64,000 nt of DNA, from the NCBI GenBank assembly GCA_024697645.1, contig JAILFH010000037.1, positions 7,338-71,337 of the forward strand, written 5' to 3'. Shown one piece after another: positions 9,845 through 18,767 of this stretch (position 1 is its first letter; the number at the start of each line of letters is the position of its first letter). This DNA is from Prevotella sp. (lineage in GTDB: Bacteria; Bacteroidota; Bacteroidia; Bacteroidales; Bacteroidaceae). The notes below the pieces were generated by a model. That model did not search any database, was not told where the DNA came from, and saw nothing but the letters and a program-made list of their open reading frames with translations. The position numbers were made by a program, and so were the translations under genes.

Positions 9845-10543
9845 TTACAACTGGAAGCGATAACCCACAGATAGTTGAACCACGCTGTTGCGCGACTTCA
9901 CCACATCGAGTTCATAGATGCGTGAAACGCCAATGCAGTATCGGGCATCTATCACCACATTCTCATATTCATAACTGATTCCGACGGGAATGGAAATATC
10001 CGTCTTCTTGCAAGCATCCATCAAATCTTCACTGCGACTAACAGCAGAACCTTGCTCTCTGCCGCCAGACTCAAGCGGAATGATCTCTGTTTCCGACAAT
10101 TCTGACTTCGCATTGACCAACATTCCCATCTGAACACCAGCCTTCACACTCAGGCCTCCTATAATGCGGCAACCCACAAGCAGAGGCACATTGACATAAT
10201 CAAGATTCGTGTGCCAATCGCTGTAGCCACGCATTTCATCGCCCTCAGTCCTTTCAAAATCGGGATAGCGAGAACCCTGACGACTATAATGGCCGCCCAA
10301 ACTAAAGAAAAGGCGGTCAGTTGCCTGCCATTCAGCATCAACTCCCACAGCAAGCCCCGGCTGAATGCGAGAAGAAAGTGTACGACTTTGGTCCGACAAG
10401 TCTGCGACCACCTCGTTATCGGTGATATTCGCCAAATTCAATCCTACACGAGGAACTATTGAGAATGTGCCCGACCTAGGTTGCGCCTGTAAGGAAATTG
10501 TGGCTACGAACACACAAAGTATAAAGAGAAGTTTTCTTTTCAT
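9845..10543 (-). CDS. Outer-membrane beta-barrel (porin/PorT-like family) protein
   Basis: Signal peptide, PRVGLNLA, LDYVNVPLLV, C-terminal QLSVGYRF beta-signal. Confidence 0.8.
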   Translation of the reverse strand: MKRKLLFILCVFVATISLQAQPRSGTFSIVPRVGLNLANITDNEVVADLSDQSRTLSSRIQPGLAVGVDAEWQATDRLFFSLGGHYSRQGSRYPDFERTEGDEMRGYSDWHTNLDYVNVPLLVGCRIIGGLSVKAGVQMGMLVNAKSELSETEIIPLESGGREQGSAVSRSEDLMDACKKTDISIPVGISYEYENVVIDARYCIGVSRIYELDVVKSRNSVVQLSVGYRFQL

Positions 10544-10588
10544 TTTCTAAATATGAATACTTTCGTTATCGTTTTCATTTGAATAACG

Positions 10589-10620
10589 AAAAAGCCGCTG
10601 GCAATATTGTGCCGACGGCT
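10589..10620 (-). terminator. Intrinsic terminator of yhhQ-queF
   Basis: GC stem agccg.tggca/tgccg.cggct followed by a U-tract on the minus strand. Confidence 0.65.
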
Positions 10621-10658
10621 ATAAAATAACAGAAAGGAATGCTGTTTCTAAACATTTC

Positions 10659-11120
10659 CTATTCCTGTTCCATCAGTCGCTTCTCAGCCAACTTCTCCCA
10701 TTTAGTACCCGGCTTTCCATAATTGGCATAAGGCCAGATTGCAATTCCGCCACGAGGTGTGAAGATGCCGCGCACTTCCAAATACTTCGGGTCCATCAGA
10801 CGCACGAGATCCTTCATAATCACGTTGACGCAATCCTCGTGGAAATCTCCATGATTGCGGAAAGAGAAGAGGTAGAGTTTCAGACTCTTCGACTCCACCA
10901 TGCGCTTTGCCGGAACATAACTGATGCGAATTTCAGCAAAGTCGGGCTGGCCCGTGATGGGACAAAGCGACGTGAACTCTGGACAATTGAAACGCACCCA
11001 ATAATCATTACCCTGATGTTTGTTCTCAAATGTCTCAAGCACATCGGGTGCATAGTCGTCCCGATAATTAGTCTTGCGACCTAACGCCTTAAGGCCCTCA
11101 TCCTTTCGATTTTCGTCCAT
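10659..11120 (-). CDS. queF: NADPH-dependent preQ0 reductase
   Basis: [40 protein letters not shown]. Confidence 0.97.
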   Translation of the reverse strand: MDENRKDEGLKALGRKTNYRDDYAPDVLETFENKHQGNDYWVRFNCPEFTSLCPITGQPDFAEIRISYVPAKRMVESKSLKLYLFSFRNHGDFHEDCVNVIMKDLVRLMDPKYLEVRGIFTPRGGIAIWPYANYGKPGTKWEKLAEKRLMEQE

Positions 11121-11167
11121 AATTGAAATTATTTGATTTTAGATTTTTAAATTCTGCAATTGAAAAA

Positions 11168-11848
11168 CTAGAACGAGAAAACCTTCAGCACATTATAACT
11201 GATGTTTTCATCGTAAACGTCCACCTGCTCATAGTTCTTTACAATGCGAACAATGCGAATACTCAGCGGCAACACTACGACTTCATAGCCAGTCTTGACA
11301 ACCACCTGCCAGAACATCATTGCCGGCATTGCTTCCCAGGGAATAACGCCTCCAAGCGCAAGAGGGAAAAAGATGAGAGAATCAACCACTTCTCCGAATA
11401 CAGAACTGAGCACAGCACGCGTAGAGAAATGCTTCCCTCGGTCGCGAAGTTTCATTCGACTCATCACGTAGGCATTGACAAACGAACCGCATAGGAATGC
11501 TATAAAGGAAGCCATTGCGATGCGCGGAGCCAGACCAAACACATAGTGAAACTGCTCGTCATATTGCCAATAGGAGGCTCCAGGAATCCAGTCGCAGAGA
11601 GCACAGACCGCTACCACGAAGAAATTCATCAGGAAACCAATCCAGATGAGAAGGCGAGTCATGCGATAACCCCACACCTCGCTCACGCAATCGTTGATAA
11701 TGTAACTGATTGGAAAGACAAGTACGCCGCCAGTCAGTGCGATGGGACCCACTTGTATTTGTTTCGTTCCCAGCAAGTTAGATGTAATCAGACACACACA
11801 GAAGACTATGCTAAGGAACATGAAAAGCAAACTTACTTTTTTATTCAT
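11168..11848 (-). CDS. yhhQ: Queuosine precursor transporter (VUT family)
   Basis: SNLLGTK, FPISYIINDCVSEVWG, RIAMASFIAF, GEVVDSLIF; sits next to queF. Confidence 0.9.
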   Translation of the reverse strand: MNKKVSLLFMFLSIVFCVCLITSNLLGTKQIQVGPIALTGGVLVFPISYIINDCVSEVWGYRMTRLLIWIGFLMNFFVVAVCALCDWIPGASYWQYDEQFHYVFGLAPRIAMASFIAFLCGSFVNAYVMSRMKLRDRGKHFSTRAVLSSVFGEVVDSLIFFPLALGGVIPWEAMPAMMFWQVVVKTGYEVVVLPLSIRIVRIVKNYEQVDVYDENISYNVLKVFSF

Positions 11849-11852
11849 TGGT

Positions 11853-11887
11853 CTTGTTTTGTTAAAGGGGGTTGAGCAAGTACCCCT
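11853..11887 (-). ncRNA. preQ1 class I riboswitch aptamer
   Basis: RNA AGGGG-UACUUGCUCAAC-CCCCU-UUAACAAAACAAG: 5-bp P1, loop starting with U and ending in the specificity C, A-rich tail matching the T. tengcongensis aptamer tail as recalled, loop CUUG can pair with tail CAAG; upstream of yhhQ-queF. Confidence 0.9.
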
Positions 11888-11912
11888 GGATTCATACTCA
11901 TGAAAGCGGGTG

Positions 11913-11920
11913 CAAAGTTA
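11913..11920 (-). promoter_or_regulatory. -7 promoter box for riboswitch-yhhQ-queF
   Basis: TAACTTTG on the minus strand, ~25 nt upstream of the aptamer. Confidence 0.7.
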
Positions 11921-12090
11921 CAAAATATTTGCGAATCTGAACCCATAATCAGAATCATTTTTGAAAGAAAGGCGAAAAATGCCCGGAAAAAGAGTTACAT
12001 TGGACATAGAAACTGAGCACTCCCCATTAAACCCCTGCCCCTATTTTTCGTCAAAATAAAGACCGAATCGAAAAACCAAGTCCACATTAT

Positions 12091-12163
12091 TTATAAAAAT
12101 AATTAATCGTGATTATAAAAATGATTAATCGTGAACTGAAAAGATTTTAATTTTATAACTTTG
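12091..12163 (+). promoter_or_regulatory. 22-bp tandem direct repeat (OxyR-like four-box geometry) plus -7 box of the GPx operon
   Basis: ttataaaaat(a/g)attaatcgtga x2 at 12091-12134; TAACTTTG at 12156-12163. Confidence 0.55.
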
Positions 12164-12195
12164 CATCGAATATTTAAACAATACAAAATACAAAA

Positions 12196-13335
12196 ATGAA
12201 AAGACTTCTGGCTATTTGCATGATGGTCGTCGTGGGAACTTTGGCTACGATGGCACAGGGAATCTATGATTTCAAAGTAAAGAATGACATTGGACAGGAT
12301 GTTTCGCTGTCCGACTACAAAGGCAAGGTGATGCTGATTGTGAACACGGCGACTCGTTGCGGATTCACGCCACAATATACTGAACTTGAAGCGCTCTACA
12401 AGAAATACCACGATGCAGGACTCGAGATTTTCGATTTCCCCTGCAACCAGTTCGGGCAGCAGGCTCCAGGCAGCATTCGCGAGATTCACGAGTTCTGCAC
12501 GGCGAACTACGACATTCAGTTCCCGCAGTTCGACAAAATCGACGTCAATGGGGCAAATGCCTCACCACTTTTCACCTATCTGAAAAGTCAGCAGGGATTC
12601 CAGGGGTTCGACACCAATGATCCCAGAGGCAAGATGATGGACCAAATGCTGCGCAAGAGCGACACCGACTACGACAAGAAAACCGATATCAAGTGGAATT
12701 TCACGAAATTCCTTGTCTCTGCTGATGGTCGTGTGGTAGCCCGTTTCGAGCCTACTGACAAGATGGAAGCAGTAGAAGCAGCCGTAGCGATTGAACTGAA
12801 TCCCGTCGTGCAGAGCATCATGGCCCGCCGTTCCATTCGTAAATATCTGGATCGTCCCGTTGAACACGAGAAACTCGCAGCACTTGCTCTGTGTGGCATT
12901 AATGCTCCGAGCGGAATGAACCAGCAGCCTTGGCTTCTGCGTGTGGTTGAGGACCAGCAACTCATCAGTCAGGTCAATGAGGTCTATAAGAAGGCAAATC
13001 CCGAACAAATAAAGCGTGACCCGAATTTCAAGAACATGTTCCGCAATGCTCCTAACCTCATCTGCGTATGCACTCCTGCCAATGGTGGCGGTCAACTCGA
13101 TGCAGGACTATTGGGCGAGAACATCATGCTGGCAGCACAGTCGATGGGACTGGGAACCTGCTGTCTGGGCGGTCCCGTTCGTTTCCTGAAGCAGAACGCT
13201 GACGCAAAGTTCTTCCTCGACCGCCTCGACATTCCTGCCGACTACGAACTCTGCTACATCATTGCAGTCGGCTATCCTGACGAGCAACCCGAGGCTCGTC
13301 CTCGCGATGCTTCGAAGGTGAAGTTTGTAAAATAG
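12196..13335 (+). CDS. Exported Cys-glutathione peroxidase / nitroreductase fusion
   Basis: Signal peptide; NTATRCGFTPQY, FPCNQF and WNFTKF (GPx), then RRSIRKY, APSGMNQQPW and GLGTCCLG (nitroreductase) in one ORF. Confidence 0.9.
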   Translation: MKRLLAICMMVVVGTLATMAQGIYDFKVKNDIGQDVSLSDYKGKVMLIVNTATRCGFTPQYTELEALYKKYHDAGLEIFDFPCNQFGQQAPGSIREIHEFCTANYDIQFPQFDKIDVNGANASPLFTYLKSQQGFQGFDTNDPRGKMMDQMLRKSDTDYDKKTDIKWNFTKFLVSADGRVVARFEPTDKMEAVEAAVAIELNPVVQSIMARRSIRKYLDRPVEHEKLAALALCGINAPSGMNQQPWLLRVVEDQQLISQVNEVYKKANPEQIKRDPNFKNMFRNAPNLICVCTPANGGGQLDAGLLGENIMLAAQSMGLGTCCLGGPVRFLKQNADAKFFLDRLDIPADYELCYIIAVGYPDEQPEARPRDASKVKFVK

Positions 13336-13422
13336 TAGTTGACTTCAATGTTTGAAAACGCCTCAAAGAATCAGGCAAACAAAAGGAAAATCAATAAAAA
13401 CAAAAATAGAAAAGAAAGAAAT

Positions 13423-14142
13423 ATGAAGAAATTGCATTTGAATATTCTCCTTCTGGCAGGAGGTCTGCTTCTCGGTGCTTGCTCACAGAAGGCAGAAAAG
13501 GCAGAAACCAACGTAAACGAAAACGCTGCTGAGCAGAAAGTGGAAGTGAAGGAAGTGGAAGGTCGCAAGAACTTTACCGATCAGGCTGTCATCACACCAC
13601 TACCTGCTATCATGATTGCCACTTGGGACGCCAACGAACAGCCCGACGTAATGATGGCTGCATGGGGCGGACAGTGTGGTCCGAAGCACATCTGCTTCAA
13701 CCTCTCGGCTCACAAGACAACTGAGAACATCAAACTGAAGAAGGCTTTCACTATCAGTTTTGCCACAAAGGACGATATCGTGCAGAGCGACTATTTCGGC
13801 ATCGTATCGGCCAACGATGTTCCTGACAAGGTTGCAAAGGCAGGCTTCACCGTGACGAAGAGCCCGAATGTCGACGCTCCTATCATCAACGAATACAAAC
13901 TGACATTGGAATGCCGCGTAGTGACTTTCGACGAGAACGAAAACGGTGGTGCTCGTGTTGTGGGTGAAATTGTAAATATGAGTGCCGATGAGAGCATCCT
14001 CAACGAGGAAGGCAAAGTTGACCTCGGCAAACTGCAGCCTGTCATCTTCGATTCTTCGAACAACACCTATCGCGTAGTGGGCGAGAAAGTTGGCGACGCA
14101 TGGGGTTCTGGCAAGAAAATCCAGGAAGCAGAAGTAAAATAA
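13423..14142 (+). CDS. Flavin reductase-like (FMN-binding split barrel) lipoprotein
   Basis: Lipobox LGAC; P.PAIMIATWD..E.PDVMMAAWGG, APIINEYKLTLEC; start moved to ATG 13423. Confidence 0.8.
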   Translation: MKKLHLNILLLAGGLLLGACSQKAEKAETNVNENAAEQKVEVKEVEGRKNFTDQAVITPLPAIMIATWDANEQPDVMMAAWGGQCGPKHICFNLSAHKTTENIKLKKAFTISFATKDDIVQSDYFGIVSANDVPDKVAKAGFTVTKSPNVDAPIINEYKLTLECRVVTFDENENGGARVVGEIVNMSADESILNEEGKVDLGKLQPVIFDSSNNTYRVVGEKVGDAWGSGKKIQEAEVK

Positions 14143-14247
14143 ATCCTTGATTTGTCTTCTTTTTCATTCCCGACTCTTCGGGAAAAACAAGATGGAAATT
14201 GACTATTCAAAAGTTATCGAATCACAGATTTAAAACAGAATAATAAA

Positions 14248-15411
14248 ATGAAAAAGTATTTAGTAATCGCACTCATGGGTCTGCTTTGTCTGCCCGCATG
14301 TGCACAGAATTCAGTACCTGCCAAGAAAATCATTCCCCAGAAGGGGCAGCCTGTGGCTGTCGCTGGAACAGGTGCTGAAATTGAGTTTACTGTCAACGGA
14401 ACTTGTGCAACTGACGTGAAAACCGTCTATCTGCTGAACCCGATGAATCCTCGGGAGCCAATCGACAGTGCAAAAGTTGCTGACGGAAAGTTCACTTTCA
14501 AGGGCAAGGCTCCGCAGAATTCCTTCCTCGGTGTGGTTTCTGGACGTGAGCAGCCTATGTTCATTGTCGATGGAAAACCTGTCAGCATCGATATGACAAC
14601 TGGAAGCGTGAAAGGCTCAGCACTGAACGAAAAACTGGGTGTCTATTTGCAAAAGGCTAACACCTATGAGAAATCTCAGCAGGCCATCATCGAACCTTAC
14701 ATGCAGGCTCAGCGCGAGGGCAAATCGCAGGAAGAACTGGCAGCAATGGTTCCCACTATTCAGGCTGCGCTCGAACCCTTAATAAAGGAGCAGACCGACT
14801 TCATGAAACAAGTGGTTAAGGACAATCCTGACAACATCATTCCCGCAGCATTCCTCAATAGTATCATGTACGAATATGAACTTCCCGAACTGAAGGAGTT
14901 GCTCAGCGACAAATATGCTTATGCCAATCATCCTATGCTCGACCGCACTAAGAAATATCTTGCTGCCGAGGAGAAGAAGCAGGCCATTGTAGGTCAGCAG
15001 TTCATCGACATCGAGGAGAACGACACCGAAGGCAATCCCCACAAACTGAGCGAGTATGTCGGCAAGGGCAACTATGTGCTCATCGACTTCTGGGCTTCTT
15101 GGTGTGGTCCCTGCATGCAGGAAATGCCGAATGTGAAGGCCAACTTCGACAAGTATCATGCTAAGGGCTTCAATGTTGTTGGTCTGTCGTTCGACCGTGC
15201 TAAGGAGCCTTGGGTGAAGGCCATCAAGGAGAAGGAACTCAACTGGGTTCACCTCTCCGACCTGAAGTTCTGGCAGACTATTGCCGCTTCTACTTATGGC
15301 ATCAACGCTATTCCTGCATCTCTACTCGTTGACCCAACTGGTAAGGTGATTGCCCGCGATTTGCGTGGTGAAGCCCTGGGTAAGAAACTTGCCGAGATCT
15401 ACGGCGAATAA
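14248..15411 (+). CDS. TlpA-family thiol-disulfide oxidoreductase (DUF4369 + AhpC/TSA thioredoxin domain)
   Basis: LIDFWASWCGPC, GINAIP, signal peptide. Confidence 0.9.
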   Translation: MKKYLVIALMGLLCLPACAQNSVPAKKIIPQKGQPVAVAGTGAEIEFTVNGTCATDVKTVYLLNPMNPREPIDSAKVADGKFTFKGKAPQNSFLGVVSGREQPMFIVDGKPVSIDMTTGSVKGSALNEKLGVYLQKANTYEKSQQAIIEPYMQAQREGKSQEELAAMVPTIQAALEPLIKEQTDFMKQVVKDNPDNIIPAAFLNSIMYEYELPELKELLSDKYAYANHPMLDRTKKYLAAEEKKQAIVGQQFIDIEENDTEGNPHKLSEYVGKGNYVLIDFWASWCGPCMQEMPNVKANFDKYHAKGFNVVGLSFDRAKEPWVKAIKEKELNWVHLSDLKFWQTIAASTYGINAIPASLLVDPTGKVIARDLRGEALGKKLAEIYGE

Positions 15412-15427
15412 ATCGTGATATTTTCCG

Positions 15428-15472
15428 AAGTCCTTTCCTCATTTTCAATGCAAAGGTGAGGAAAGGACTTTT
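15428..15472 (+). terminator. Intrinsic terminator of the redox cluster
   Basis: aagtcctttcctca / tgaggaaaggactt 14-bp stem followed by T residues. Confidence 0.75.
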
Positions 15473-15516
15473 CATTTAAACCAGACTGAAGTAACACAAA
15501 ATCAATCTGAGAATAA

Positions 15517-15760
15517 AGAGCATGTCTTTCGACTATACAGAGCATGCCTTTGTACCTTACAAAGCACGTCTTTATACCCCTATAAAGCATGCTTTTATAT
15601 ACCTAAAGAGGATACCTTTCTATGGTCGAAAGGTATCCTCTTTATCATCAAAAGCATTGCTCTCTTCGGTCGAAAGGATTGCTCTGTTGAAACGGGAGCA
15701 TTGTTTTCTTTATGCTGAGGCATTTTTGCTTTCAGACGAAAGCATCACGCCAAATCAATC
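15517..15760. repeat. Degenerate 22-bp periodic tandem array, ~11 units (copy A)
   Basis: A(A/G)AG(C/G)A-type unit starts at 15517, 15539, 15561, 15584, 15607, 15629, 15651, 15673, 15695, 15717, 15739. Confidence 0.8.
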
Positions 15761-16738
15761 TTATACTGCGACTTGAGTCACCAACCAAGTCATATAGCCA
15801 AAGAAGATGGCAGTAAGCACTGCTCCTTCCCAACGGGAAACGGTAAGTTTCGTGTAGGAGAAAAGCCAGAGCAGGAACACGGAACCTGTCATTACTGACA
15901 AGTCAACGATGTTAATGTCCTTCACTTCCATTGGACTAATGAGACCAGCAACACCCAGAATGAGCAGGATGTTCAAAACATTTGAACCCAGCACATTACC
16001 AATGGCAATTCCACTGTTACCCTTACGAGCCGCAACCACACTTGTTGCCAACTCGGGCAGCGAAGTACCTCCTGCGACAATGGTCAGACCAATCACTGCC
16101 TCACTTACGCCAAGTTTCTCTGCCACAAAGGTGGCTCCATCAACAAAGATATTTGAACCGAACACCAGACAAGCAAGTCCCAGAACGAGCAAGCCTATCG
16201 CCTTCACCACTGAATAGCCACGAGGTGCAGCCTGTTCCTGTTCCATTGCATGACTTCCCTTGGCACCACGAAGCGTAACCCACATGAAGACAAGAAAACC
16301 TGCAAAGAGCAATGCTGCGTCGAGACGGGAAATATCGCCGTCTATCAGTATCATCACAGCAAGGACAACAGAAGAAAGGATGGCGACGGGAACATCTTTC
16401 TTAACCGTTGATGGAAGAATTGTCATTGGTGCAACCATTGCGGCAACACCTACAATGAGCATTGTATTGAAAATGTTGGAACCCACGACATTACCTACGG
16501 CCAAATCGGCTGTTCCGCGCAATGCAGACACAAGGCTCACGCAGAACTCGGGCGCTGAAGTTCCCAGGGCCACAATGGTCAGTCCAATCACTATCTGAGG
16601 TATCTTCATACGCTCGGCCAATGCCACAGCACCATCAGTGAGGCGGTCGGCACCCCATAACACCAACACCACACCCGCGATAATCATCGCGAATTGAAAC
16701 CATAGGGCTTCAGGTAGAGCAAAAGTTGTCATCATCAT
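15761..16738 (-). CDS. Calcium/sodium antiporter (YrbG/CaCA family)
   Basis: Two alpha repeats GTSAPE..GNVVGSNIFN and GTSLPE..GNVLGSN. Confidence 0.92.
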   Translation of the reverse strand: MMMTTFALPEALWFQFAMIIAGVVLVLWGADRLTDGAVALAERMKIPQIVIGLTIVALGTSAPEFCVSLVSALRGTADLAVGNVVGSNIFNTMLIVGVAAMVAPMTILPSTVKKDVPVAILSSVVLAVMILIDGDISRLDAALLFAGFLVFMWVTLRGAKGSHAMEQEQAAPRGYSVVKAIGLLVLGLACLVFGSNIFVDGATFVAEKLGVSEAVIGLTIVAGGTSLPELATSVVAARKGNSGIAIGNVLGSNVLNILLILGVAGLISPMEVKDINIVDLSVMTGSVFLLWLFSYTKLTVSRWEGAVLTAIFFGYMTWLVTQVAV

Positions 16739-16835
16739 TCTTGCAAACGTCAATTATTAGAAAACTGCTGCAAAGTTAAAAAAAAATGATGAATAATGAG
16801 CAATGAATTATGAATTATTTCGTATCTTTGCGCCC

Positions 16836-17522
16836 ATGATTGGAACAATTGTCAATACTTGTACAATAATTGCAGGCACTGTGATAGGTGCGGTACTGCA
16901 TCGCGGGATAAAGGAAAAGTACAAAAACATACTCTATAACGGACTGGGATTAGCGAGTTTGGCTATCGGACTGAATGCTGCAGTCCAGAATCTGCCGAAG
17001 AGCCAATACCCCGTGCTTTTCATTGTGGCGATTGCCGTAGGTGGAATCTTCGGCACTTGGCTTGACATTGACGGTTGGTTCAAGGGAATGGTGAACAAAC
17101 GCAGCAAGGAAAATGCCAATTCACTGGCCGACGGTCTCTCTACCGCTATCCTACTCTATTGCATCGGACCGCTTTCGATGCTCGGCCCTGTGATTTCGGC
17201 TTTGAAGGGCGACAACACGTTCCTTTACACAAACGCAACACTCGACTTTGTTTCGGCTACCATTTTTGCATCGACCTATGGTATGGGTATGATTCTTGCC
17301 GCACCTGTGCTTTTCTGCTGGCAGGGAATGTTCTATCTTGTTGCAAAGATTTCAAGTGAAGCCGTTAGTGATGCACTGATGTCAGAACTGCTCATTGTGG
17401 GAGGTCTGCTCATCACTGCCTCTGGTCTCTCTCTCCTCAAACTCAAGGACTGCAAGACGCTCAATCTGCTGCCAGCCCTGCTCGTACCAGTGTTGTGGTT
17501 CCTTGTGCGAAGTCTGTTCTAA
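16836..17522 (+). CDS. DUF554 (YdfK-like) membrane protein
   Basis: MIGTIVNT..II.G, CIGPLSMLGP, LDFVSA; start moved to ATG 16836. Confidence 0.85.
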   Translation: MIGTIVNTCTIIAGTVIGAVLHRGIKEKYKNILYNGLGLASLAIGLNAAVQNLPKSQYPVLFIVAIAVGGIFGTWLDIDGWFKGMVNKRSKENANSLADGLSTAILLYCIGPLSMLGPVISALKGDNTFLYTNATLDFVSATIFASTYGMGMILAAPVLFCWQGMFYLVAKISSEAVSDALMSELLIVGGLLITASGLSLLKLKDCKTLNLLPALLVPVLWFLVRSLF

Positions 17523-17554
17523 AAACTCCAAAGTAACCGATTCTATAAAAATAG

Positions 17555-17610
17555 ATTCCCGCATCAGCGAAGTTGGACCAAAGAATCCGAAACGTTGATG
17601 CGGGAATTTT
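17555..17610. terminator. Hairpin between convergent DUF554 and DUF5606 genes
   Basis: attcccgcatcagcg / cgttgatgcgggaat stem followed by ttt. Confidence 0.7.
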
Positions 17611-17656
17611 GATTGATTCTTCCATGCAGAATTTCCGCATAGGATAAACTAAAGAT

Positions 17657-18097
17657 TTATTGTTCGGCGCGGTCGTCGACGTTTTCACCTTCAGTGGGAG
17701 CAAGTGTTGCCTCGAAATCTGTGATTCCGTAGCGCACAAGGATGTCGTACCACTGAAAAAGTTTGCGAATATCACTGTCGTGGACTCGGTCGCGATCGTA
17801 ATCGGGAAGAACCTCTGCAAAGAATGCATGCAGTTCTTTGCCGCTTGCCTTCTTATAGTTGAGGGTGCAAGGCTTCAACTCACACTTCTCTCCGAGGTTC
17901 TTGAGCACCTGCCAGAGGGGAACGTCCTCGCTATCAGTGAACATTGCTATATCTCCAAGACTTGTGATGCGGTCGGTACCAAAGGCAGGCATGCGCTTCT
18001 TGGCTTCGTCGAGTGATTCTACGATAAGATTCATTTTTCCACGGCTCACGAGGCGATAAAGGCCCGGCTTGCCTGAAATAGAAAGAATTGTTTCCAT
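17657..18097 (-). CDS. Bacteroidetes conserved protein (DUF5606-like)
   Basis: ILSISGKPGLY, ITSLGDIAMFT, LPDYDRDRV..SDI.KL..WY. Confidence 0.8.
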   Translation of the reverse strand: METILSISGKPGLYRLVSRGKMNLIVESLDEAKKRMPAFGTDRITSLGDIAMFTDSEDVPLWQVLKNLGEKCELKPCTLNYKKASGKELHAFFAEVLPDYDRDRVHDSDIRKLFQWYDILVRYGITDFEATLAPTEGENVDDRAEQ

Positions 18098-18191
18098 TTT
18101 TTTTGTTTCTGTTTTGTTATATTGTTTATTTAAAATTTTCTTGGTTATTTGACACCTTATTTCTCTGCAAACAAGTTACATTGCGACTCTG

Positions 18192-18767
18192 TCACTTAGA
18201 TACTTTGGAGAGCAACTCGTCAATCTGAGGTTCAAGTGGGGCAATTCCATCATTAAGAATAACGAAGTCGCTCATGGTTTCTACCTTTTCCTGAGGCATC
18301 TGACGATGAATCCACTCAAGGGCACGTTCGGGAGAGATTCCATCCCGATTCACAATACGACTGACGCGTACATGTTCAGGAGCGCTGACGCAGAGTACAA
18401 AGTCGAATGACACGCGACGATGAAAACCACTATCGAAAAGAATGGCACTCTCCAACCAGTGATAGTCTGACGCCATAAAATCGGCTGCAACTGCTGGATG
18501 AACAACATCATTCACTGCCTGCTTATTCTCTTCGGAGGCAAGCAGGAACTCCGCAAGCACACGCTTCTGCAAGATGCAGCCTCGATAGACTTGAGGTCCA
18601 ACCAACTCACGCAGTTGCTGACGCAACGATGCCGACGTTCGCATCAGTCGCTTAGCCGCCGCATCGCAGTCGTAAACACGAATATCACGCTTCTCAAGCA
18701 AACGGCAGACATAACTTTTACCACTGCCGATGCCGCCTGTTATGGCTATGAGCGGTCTTTTCATCAC
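18192..18767 (-). CDS. coaE: Dephospho-CoA kinase
   Basis: ITGGIGSGKS P-loop, YDCDAAAK, VHPAV, ESAILF. Confidence 0.93.
   Translation of the reverse strand: MMKRPLIAITGGIGSGKSYVCRLLEKRDIRVYDCDAAAKRLMRTSASLRQQLRELVGPQVYRGCILQKRVLAEFLLASEENKQAVNDVVHPAVAADFMASDYHWLESAILFDSGFHRRVSFDFVLCVSAPEHVRVSRIVNRDGISPERALEWIHRQMPQEKVETMSDFVILNDGIAPLEPQIDELLSKVSK

Noticed and set aside
15517-15776. CRISPR array, or the 84-aa ORF 15522-15776, at the 22-bp repeats
   Set aside because: Units abut with no unique spacers, are too degenerate, and no cas genes are present; the ORF simply reads through the repeat
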